Shown here: positions 26,101-32,595 of the stretch, one piece after another
Layout: each line of letters starts with the position of its first letter
Numbering within the stretch: position 1 is the first letter of the stretch
Assembly: GCA_043816965.1 (NCBI GenBank)
Contig: JBDRHK010000055.1
Coordinates: 1 to 32,595, forward strand
Source of the DNA: Candidatus Iainarchaeum sp.
GTDB lineage: Archaea; Iainarchaeota; Iainarchaeia; Iainarchaeales; JAFCCJ01
Direction: 5' to 3'
Length of the DNA stretch: 32,595 nucleotides
Made by a program: the position numbers and the translations under genes
The notes under the pieces: model-generated
The model's database searches: none
Seen by the model: the letters and a program-made list of their open reading frames with translations, nothing else
Told to the model about the DNA's origin: nothing

Positions 26101-29100
26101 TTTGGTGCCGGGAAAATTAATCTGGAAATTACCGCCTCAGGATTCAGGCCTGTCAAGAAAACAATCGAGATTGGAATGGAGGGAATTTTGTCACTCCCGC
26201 CCAAGATTGAGATTGACCTAGAAAAAATTGCCGGAGGGGCAAATGACTCTGCTAAGGAGATTAGTGTGGAGATTGAAAATGCATCCAATGATTTGGTGCA
26301 GGATTTGAGTTATGAAATTGTAAATGATGGGGGTTTCCCTGGAGGTATGGAAATTACTGCCTCAGGAAGCACATCAGTGAACAAGGGTTCAGATTCAGAT
26401 GTCAGGGTTAAGGCATCTTACAATGGTGATGGTGAAAGGGAGTATGGTGAGGCGGAATTGGTTGTTTCAGGAACTGTTTCAGGGAAGTATCTTGCAAGGG
26501 CAACAAGCAGGGTTGTTGTAAGGTACAATCCTGAACTTGAGGACAGCTGCATTGAGCTCAGCAAGGAGAAACTTGTTGTTTACATAGTGGGTGAGGAGAA
26601 TTCATCTGTTGAGGAAACCCTTACAATAAAGAACAACTGCAACCTGAGGGTCAGTTTAATTCCCGAGATTGTTGAAAAGAGGGGTGATGAGAAGATTCTA
26701 ATCGAGCTGAATGAGGTAAGCCTTGAGCCAAGCGGCAGCAAGAGCGGGGGGAGAAACACCGATGAGGCAGAGGTAAATGTCGCAATAACAAACCTGCTCG
26801 CAAGAAATTATCCCCAAAAGAAGAAATACACTTACGAGATTTATTTCAACTCAGATGCCATCACAAAATCCCTTCCTGTCGAGGTTTATGTATGGAACAA
26901 GAGTTTCGCGCTGCAGGTGAACAGGAATATTGAGCTTTGGCTTACCGAAACAGACAGTGGAAAGCCCCCGGTTTCACAGGTTCCGCTTTTTGTCCAGAAT
27001 ATCGGTGAGGCAGACATTGAAAATCTCACTTTTTCAATATCCGCGCAGCACAGCAGGGGAAGTGTTGATGTCCGGGTTTTGCCGCCGATTGATGTCCCTG
27101 TGCTGAAAAAAGGGGCAACGCTCTTCCCCACAAAATGGATAGTGGCAACCGCGATAAGGACTGAAAAAACTACTTTGGCAGATGTCTCGCAGATTGAGGT
27201 AAAGGGCTCAATCAACGGGCAGCAATATGATTTCGGCCCAATCTTTATAACCTCCCATGTTTCCGCCCCTGAATGCCTAAAGGCAAGCACCAATTATGTG
27301 CAATTTGAGGCTCCAACAAGCAAGGCAGGGTCATTGAGTTATCCAATTAAATTAAGGAATACCTGTGCTGAAGAACTGAGGATCAGGGGCATTGACCCCT
27401 TCATGTTTGGCTCGAATAAGATCTATATTGACAAGCCAGATATTTCCCTCTTCCCGGGAGAAGAGGTTGAAATGCTCCTCATACTTGACAAGAGAGAGGA
27501 TTGGCAAACCACTGCACCTGTAAGATTCAAGGCATTTGGCAGCATAAGCCAGGTTTGGATTGATTCAACCCCTATTAATGTTGATATAAAGCTTGGCGTG
27601 TTCTCAACTGAAAAGGGGGCATCAACAGAGGCAGTAACTATGAAAGTCTGCGGGACCGAAACCAATGACAACAAAAAGGGCGAGGAGAAATTGGTTAAAT
27701 TCCCCAGGATTGCAACGCAGGCAAATTGTGATGTCGCATACTGTGATGCGGAATTATTGGCGCAGTTTTTGGCAGACAGGATAGAGTCAAAAGTAAGGGA
27801 TGCCAAGAGGCAGATATCCAATTACAAGGAGGAGGTGATTAACTCCTCATGCAGCCCTTATGAAACTTTCTGCTCCTTCGACGGATTGGGGGTGAGGAGT
27901 GAAATCTTCTATGTGTATTTCCAGAACGACAGTTTAAGCACTGAAATGCTGAGGTCAGCGCTGACGACCAAGGACGAACTGAAGTCTTTTAGGGTAGACA
28001 CTATTATTCCCGGAACTGATTCAGGGCTTTTGATTGGCGGAATCGGAAACCAGCTCTTCCTGAATGATTCATTCCGCGGATGTGGAAGATATAGTGTCCG
28101 CATAACCGGCGCTGCCAATGTCACAGGCAACCACATAGATTCAGACCACATATCTGTGCTGCTTGACCTCCACAGCTCGGAGGCCGAAGGGGGAGCCATA
28201 AGGGAGATGACCGAGCAGTGCGACAACAAGATACAGAATGTCATGAATTTCCTGCCGGTGGATAAATCCTACACAAAAGCTGACCCAAAAGAGAGCTGGC
28301 TTTCAACTGTTGAAACCGAGGATTCAGAGCTTGATGCTTTGGGAGAGGAGGTTGCGAAGGAATTGTTCGGTTCAAAGGACAGGCTTGCAACACTTTCGGC
28401 CGGAAATATTCTTGAGCTGAGGCTGGGAACAGAGCCAGGCTATATCACAAAGATAGAGATGGAAAAGTTTGGCGATGTCGCGAGAAGAAGGGTTTATGCG
28501 AACATAAAGGAATCAGTAGGGGGCGGCGGGGAACTGCAGGCAGAGATTGCTAAGGAGGCCGCAAAGGCTATAGGCCAGCTTTCCGGAAATGAAATTGATG
28601 GCTGCATTTCGCCTGATGAGGACTATTTCCTGATTAAGTCAGCAAAGGAGATAGGAAAGCTCAATATTGAGTCATGCGAAGCAGGCAAATTGGGCATATT
28701 GCCTGAAGCAGTGAATTGCTGCGATTTCAATATTGTTGATGAGGTCCCGGAGATAGTGAATGTTGATATCAGGCTAAAGGAGGAGAGGCAGGGAATTGAG
28801 GAGCCATATATAACAGATGACAAAGGCAATAAAATTAGCGGAGATATTGAACTTGAATTTGAGAAGGATGGGAGGTATTCTGAACAGTTCCAGCTCTGTG
28901 CGGTTGGGAGCAAGCAGGACTTCCAGAACTCGAGGGGAAAGAAGATTGTGATAACTGCGGAATCTGCAACCGACAAGGCAAAGAAGGCGCAGGAGAAAGA
29001 GGTTGAGCTGCAGATTTGCGGAATACATCCAAAAAACCTCCTTGAGAAAATAAGCGCCGCAAAGGAGGGGGAGCATTACTTCACCCCTGTGTGGAAGGGC

Positions 29101-31479
29101 ACTCCTGATGAAATTTCACTGAACAGCATAAGGCTGATGGGCGAGGCAAAGAAGAACAGTGCAGAAGCGGCAAAAATAAGGACAAGCGGCGATAGCATAA
29201 GCGGCAGTTTCATGGATTTAATGAAAAAACCGGAAGTTAAGGCAATGACCTTTGGTTATTTGCCTGTTTGCGGACTTACCACCTTTGCATTAAGCGGAAT
29301 TAAATCACTGGGCGTTTCCTTCTGGCCTGAATTCTTCATGACTTGCGGGCTTCCATATTTCTGGGCAATTGCCGATGAGTTGCCTGTTGCAAGGGATTTC
29401 AAACAAATCCTCCTTAATTCATGGGATACTATCCTGGGCTTCTTCCAGGGCGAGCAGAAAACAATTGCCGAAAGGGCGCAGGATACATCTGCGGCGGGCA
29501 GTGAACTGGACGGGGAATTCTGGGATATTGTTGACGGGGCAATTGTAGGGGTGGGCTCAAGAACTGGCTGGAGATCGGTATCTGCCGGCTGGGACAGCGC
29601 CGAAACCTTCAGCAATGCGAAAGTGGCTAAATCTTTATCTGACAAGATAAGTGACGGAATTATGGATGAATATGTAAACAAGAGGGGGTCATTGAGCGGG
29701 ATTTCCGGAGATACGGCGGCAAGGTCAAAACTTGAAAGCACCCTGCGAACAAAAATGAAGGAATCCCTGGAAAAGGAATTCAAAGCTATTGACTTTGCAA
29801 AAGAGGGGAGTAATGAGCAGGTGAGATTAGCTGTTCAGAAAACTATGGGGGAATTCGGAAGCGACAAAGCACTTGCAGAAGCAATTCTTGACGCAAAGAC
29901 CAAGGGGGTTTTGAACAGCAATGGTGAGGAACTGCTCAAAAAAAGTTCTCGCGAGATAGTTAAAGAGAAGGTCAAACCCGCAGATATTGCAGAAGAATTA
30001 GGAAGCATATATAAGATAGGGGATAAAGTTGGGCCAGCTCCAGCGGACCCTACTGAGGCAAATTTTAATACTTTTAAGAATAACACTATGAATGACTTGA
30101 AAAAGGCATCAGGAGATCTAAAACCTATGAAAGACGCAATTTCAGATAAGATTCTGGAGAGCCTCGATACCCCAGATCTTGTCGATAAGGCAAAGTTGAA
30201 CCAAAAAATTAGCAGAGTAGTGAATAATATTACGCAACAAGATCTAAAGGTAGATTGGGAAATCTTCGATCAAACTGGAAAAAGAATAAAGGGGGTAAGA
30301 GTTGACGGATTGAACTGGCCTACTCCAAATAATCCTATTTTTAATGAAATTGAAATATTGTGGCAAGATCCGGACATGAAAGTGAAATATACTGCTACCC
30401 TTTCAGATGATTCTACCAAAAAAATAATTAGGGAATCTGTTGCTGCAGTTAATAGGGATTTGCATGAAGAACTGGCAAAGGGAATTAAGACAGGGGTTTC
30501 AAAAGGATTTGCATCAGAAGCTTCAGAGGATATTGCTGAAAAGGTATTGGAGAAGTCTAAAAATATTAAAACCGAAAGAGGTTTCTTCAGGAAGCTTTTG
30601 AAAACGCCTTTCACTAAAGAGTTCTGGAAAAATCTGGGGAAGGGGGCATTTACAGGAGCGGTTGCAAATGGTGCCGGGCTCTTTGCTTACGATCAGCTGA
30701 TGAAATACTATGAATCCGGGACAGACACAGCTAAAATTGAAACATTCCTGACCGGAACTGGCGGGGATGATAGGGATAACGATAATGACGGGAAGGTTGA
30801 TGAGGAAATCTGCGACGGGATTGACAATGATGGCGATTCACATGTGGATGAGGACTGTTATGATGTTGAATCTGACCAGCTGTTTGAGAAATACAAGACA
30901 TACTTGGTCGAGATTAAGGCTGATGCCGGGCAGAAAACATACGAGATTGAGGAAGTCACAATGGACAAGGTTCCCTCAGGGGCAAGCTGGCTGCAGACCT
31001 GCAATGATAAATCCTTGGATGAGGCTGCTGAAAATTTCCTATGCACACTTACCCCTGACCCAAATCATGGGCTCTTTAAAGCAGGCGATGCAAAGTACAT
31101 CGAACTTTATTACAAGAGTTACTGTGGGGTTATGGCAGGGGCGCAGAACGATTATGGCGTGCCCGAGGCATTGCTTGTCACTGTCGGAATCTGGAAAAGC
31201 GAGATGGGAACCAAGGGCAAGGACCATATGCTGGGCTGCGATGTCGGAAATCCAAAATCCAAATCACCCGAGGAAAACATAAGATGTGCTGCTGAGGAAT
31301 TGGAGAAAATAATTCCCACTTGTACAGGGATTGATGAAAAGGAAAAAATAAAATGTGTGCTGGAGAAATACAACGATGCCCCGAATAATCTCAAATCCAG
31401 CACGGCTGATTATGCCGTGCTTGTGGAAACCTATTGTGCCTGGCAAAAATTCAACACAGCAGGACTGCAGGCGTGTTAA
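23134..31479 (+). CDS. Giant N-terminally membrane-anchored surface protein (about 2781 aa): carboxypeptidase-regulatory/Ig-like beta-sandwich repeats, helical insert, acidic metal-binding motif, C-terminal SLT/lysozyme-like domain
   Basis: Single TM at about aa 45-68. Repeated i.v.D..g..i..A.V.l....G...GY units. EEICDGIDNDGDSHVDEDC motif. C-terminal YGVPEALL...WKS...PEENIRCAA...KYND. The ATG at 23134 follows GGGGA. Confidence 0.88.
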   Translation: MGLSDAIGTFYSGIEEQYYALMDSLEEKGLPVYKLIDPLEERGIPAFPATIALILIVLALVFGFFFVGGSPEIALNLSIEDQFESSISGVSIEVKRADGSNLELSKSKYGDGDTIDIGPQGIGSELEVLASKEGYVGSSTMVLIGTEKKEIRAILKLEKILTPINAKIRLVDDTGTLIKDAKVVLLSDDDEITCTDSNKDGVFECIGISEDVGVILKVESTNYETISGRQLSFSEGDVETVSLVAKPDANEGKSNLLIRVHDKATDELVENISLQIFNGIDDALITNRDLEEGEFAESLDKGTLVRVVVSSEGYITYDSSVEGKNITLRNDEEIMDIKLLLGGTNLRVAIIDADNLSPVPDADVQLFNVNSELLNYQKTGFGGTIYLNDLNSEATYYITAYSGRHLPTRLEIIPLQQTDVEIKLVTRTASNSAALNIEVRNSGDELQNNSTLNFYEMVAGKELPLGIKQEKTDVFGRYIAQLAVGKTVKVKAYHEREGGESEKIIAPLSNDMTINMETIEGMVTLMLTDSGGNPITGGELLIESPSGEILYDADVIDGEIYFDPKGKDYVVVTYTAPDGSEYVEEINVEGKNLIEMVLGGAKTLLAPEINFLGVFDASGKEVGGVVKGEDYYLKFETIWPDGTYNAGVHVRVGDDFVKYADTDDVGVLGFSAQGARYFYGRSYSPLPEPGFEGIDFQNMGSAGEFNKWVELYFDSGNGTRIVKIRVQAKATANASEFDVHYRAWAKIGGETYRSPEDNVLGGAIYTDTRTSLYAETNTETLKIFDESTRCNNEICANYKFVRQDGTEYLPEEFKAAINELYALEIELNPSENTNATIKASTSQTNPKIAFTGYGIDSFGEFPDNDKLDTSVEANDISVLANRPLRARLFFKTQKVESSSISLQIITEKTVVEENFHFNIHLERDMEISIYPEFVSTGENFTVNLKSEDSSPITDAEIKITGESGEHLLTIVGNGTNKNGSGGNYEISNTFGAGKINLEITASGFRPVKKTIEIGMEGILSLPPKIEIDLEKIAGGANDSAKEISVEIENASNDLVQDLSYEIVNDGGFPGGMEITASGSTSVNKGSDSDVRVKASYNGDGEREYGEAELVVSGTVSGKYLARATSRVVVRYNPELEDSCIELSKEKLVVYIVGEENSSVEETLTIKNNCNLRVSLIPEIVEKRGDEKILIELNEVSLEPSGSKSGGRNTDEAEVNVAITNLLARNYPQKKKYTYEIYFNSDAITKSLPVEVYVWNKSFALQVNRNIELWLTETDSGKPPVSQVPLFVQNIGEADIENLTFSISAQHSRGSVDVRVLPPIDVPVLKKGATLFPTKWIVATAIRTEKTTLADVSQIEVKGSINGQQYDFGPIFITSHVSAPECLKASTNYVQFEAPTSKAGSLSYPIKLRNTCAEELRIRGIDPFMFGSNKIYIDKPDISLFPGEEVEMLLILDKREDWQTTAPVRFKAFGSISQVWIDSTPINVDIKLGVFSTEKGASTEAVTMKVCGTETNDNKKGEEKLVKFPRIATQANCDVAYCDAELLAQFLADRIESKVRDAKRQISNYKEEVINSSCSPYETFCSFDGLGVRSEIFYVYFQNDSLSTEMLRSALTTKDELKSFRVDTIIPGTDSGLLIGGIGNQLFLNDSFRGCGRYSVRITGAANVTGNHIDSDHISVLLDLHSSEAEGGAIREMTEQCDNKIQNVMNFLPVDKSYTKADPKESWLSTVETEDSELDALGEEVAKELFGSKDRLATLSAGNILELRLGTEPGYITKIEMEKFGDVARRRVYANIKESVGGGGELQAEIAKEAAKAIGQLSGNEIDGCISPDEDYFLIKSAKEIGKLNIESCEAGKLGILPEAVNCCDFNIVDEVPEIVNVDIRLKEERQGIEEPYITDDKGNKISGDIELEFEKDGRYSEQFQLCAVGSKQDFQNSRGKKIVITAESATDKAKKAQEKEVELQICGIHPKNLLEKISAAKEGEHYFTPVWKGTPDEISLNSIRLMGEAKKNSAEAAKIRTSGDSISGSFMDLMKKPEVKAMTFGYLPVCGLTTFALSGIKSLGVSFWPEFFMTCGLPYFWAIADELPVARDFKQILLNSWDTILGFFQGEQKTIAERAQDTSAAGSELDGEFWDIVDGAIVGVGSRTGWRSVSAGWDSAETFSNAKVAKSLSDKISDGIMDEYVNKRGSLSGISGDTAARSKLESTLRTKMKESLEKEFKAIDFAKEGSNEQVRLAVQKTMGEFGSDKALAEAILDAKTKGVLNSNGEELLKKSSREIVKEKVKPADIAEELGSIYKIGDKVGPAPADPTEANFNTFKNNTMNDLKKASGDLKPMKDAISDKILESLDTPDLVDKAKLNQKISRVVNNITQQDLKVDWEIFDQTGKRIKGVRVDGLNWPTPNNPIFNEIEILWQDPDMKVKYTATLSDDSTKKIIRESVAAVNRDLHEELAKGIKTGVSKGFASEASEDIAEKVLEKSKNIKTERGFFRKLLKTPFTKEFWKNLGKGAFTGAVANGAGLFAYDQLMKYYESGTDTAKIETFLTGTGGDDRDNDNDGKVDEEICDGIDNDGDSHVDEDCYDVESDQLFEKYKTYLVEIKADAGQKTYEIEEVTMDKVPSGASWLQTCNDKSLDEAAENFLCTLTPDPNHGLFKAGDAKYIELYYKSYCGVMAGAQNDYGVPEALLVTVGIWKSEMGTKGKDHMLGCDVGNPKSKSPEENIRCAAEELEKIIPTCTGIDEKEKIKCVLEKYNDAPNNLKSSTADYAVLVETYCAWQKFNTAGLQAC

Positions 31480-31524
31480 AGGAACAATTATTAATGAATT
31501 AATATATAGTTATTCTGGTTTCCC

Positions 31525-32595
31525 ATGAATCAAAGGGCATTCACATTGTTCACTGCGCTTGTTTCTTTTGTGCTAATTATACTGGTCGCGCTTCTTTTGC
31601 AGGCGATGAGAAGCACTGAGGACAGTTTTATGGACAATATTTCTGACATTGAGGAAAGGGCTGAAATGCAGGCTGTTGCCGACATGGCAAGGGCAGATGC
31701 CCTGCAGGTTGTTAACTTTGTAATAAGGTTTGATTTTGAGACGTGGATTTCGGACAATGTCTATCAGGTAGGGCCTGATGTTGAAAGCTGGGATGACACC
31801 ACCAATTACTTTGCGGAAAGATATCTTGGTGCAGGAGGGGGAACAATCCAGCTGGCAAACAGGATTTCAGTACATATGTCCAGCCTTGTAGATGTAACGC
31901 CTGATGTTAGGGGGTATAAGGTTAGTTTAGTGGCGCCGGATTCAGACCTTATGACACTGCACCTCCAAAAGATTATTGAGGAAGGGAGTGACAGCGGGGA
32001 TTTTTTTGAGGTTATCCAATGCCCTGATGGCAAATTTGATGATTGCCTGGGGACGTTTTATGTCAATCTTGACATGAGCATACTGGATGATTTTGAATAT
32101 GAAGACCTGCCGCAAATAAGGGTGGAGAACACCCTAACAGGAAGGGTATTGCAGGAGCCTGTGCTCCCAAGGGGAAATTTCCGTGTCTATGTTCCATTAA
32201 GGCTGTTCAAGGCGCTTGCCGGGGCCAGGGAGCTTGCGCACACAAGCACCGATGGCAGGGAGGATTATGGATTATTCAGCCCGAGAATCCATAATGAGCT
32301 GGAGGAGATGCGATTGGGGTTTTGTGATTATGGTTATTGCAATCCAAGGACCGATGTTTATGTGGCTCCGGGACAAAAAAACTGGAATACTTTCTGCCCC
32401 CCAAATCCAGCAATTAGTGTTTCAGTAGTTCCAGTAAGCTCAAGAATTGATAGGGGAATTGGGGACGGGAGCTATAATCCTGCAAATCCCCAGTCAATAA
32501 ACTCAGAACTCAGGAAACTCGCAGAGGAAAGGGTGAATTTTATAGCAAACCAGATAGGAAAAGACGTTATAGACAACGACCCTGAATTTTTACTC
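31525..32595 (+). CDS. Large class III signal peptide (pilin-like) protein, 3'-truncated by the window (at least 357 aa); absent from the ORF track
   Basis: Hand translation: MNQRA/FTLFTALVSFVLIILVALLLQAMRSTEDSFMDNISDIEERAEMQAVADMARADALQ..., with the frame open to the window end (...DNDPEFLL). AT-rich TATA-like sequence at about 31488-31508. Confidence 0.85.
   Translation, partial: MNQRAFTLFTALVSFVLIILVALLLQAMRSTEDSFMDNISDIEERAEMQAVADMARADALQVVNFVIRFDFETWISDNVYQVGPDVESWDDTTNYFAERYLGAGGGTIQLANRISVHMSSLVDVTPDVRGYKVSLVAPDSDLMTLHLQKIIEEGSDSGDFFEVIQCPDGKFDDCLGTFYVNLDMSILDDFEYEDLPQIRVENTLTGRVLQEPVLPRGNFRVYVPLRLFKALAGARELAHTSTDGREDYGLFSPRIHNELEEMRLGFCDYGYCNPRTDVYVAPGQKNWNTFCPPNPAISVSVVPVSSRIDRGIGDGSYNPANPQSINSELRKLAEERVNFIANQIGKDVIDNDPEFLL

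Noticed and set aside
30767..31282. 171-aa alternative-frame ORF inside the giant gene
   Set aside because: It is a same-strand frame shadow with Met/Arg/Thr-biased composition. The main frame carries recognisable motifs.
23134..32595. Diversity-generating retroelement target or intein in the giant genes
   Set aside because: I saw no reverse transcriptase, no TR/VR repeat pair differing at adenines, and no intein splice or LAGLIDADG motifs in the window.

Overview
This window is archaeal DNA: it has GGTGA Shine-Dalgarno motifs, TATA boxes about 21-24 nt before start codons, class III signal peptides and an archaeosortase-like gene. The gene content suggests a DPANN lineage, possibly Iainarchaeota/Diapherotrites; that assignment is inference. 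Nearly the whole window is a cell-surface locus. The minus-strand core (about 7.9-17.0 kb) is a type IV pilus/Tad-like cluster with a long VirB11/TadA-type ATPase, a TadC/FlaJ-type membrane protein with two T2SSF-like halves, seven class III (pilin-like) proteins and one signal-anchored protein. One of the seven is a 48-aa mini-pilin missing from the ORF track. Two giant surface proteins flank the cluster. One is 1486 aa with a C-terminal Pro-motif/TM/basic anchor. The other is about 2781 aa, with beta-sandwich repeats, an internal hydrophobic-hairpin-bounded helical region of low GC, an acidic metal-binding motif and a C-terminal lytic-transglycosylase (SLT)-like domain that has Lys where the catalytic Glu is expected. 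A further large pilin-like gene, truncated by the window edge and also missing from the ORF track, follows it. The middle holds two divergent polytopic membrane proteins, an exosortase/archaeosortase, a protein with five (2TM + bPH_2) repeats and a HEPN-MNT toxin-antitoxin pair. A perfect 33-bp duplication of the ATPase RBS and start codon, bracketing a 65-bp hairpin-rich insert, lies upstream of the pilus operon. The leading hypothesis is a DPANN host-attachment/host-envelope interaction apparatus. I saw no rRNA, tRNA, CRISPR array or transposase.
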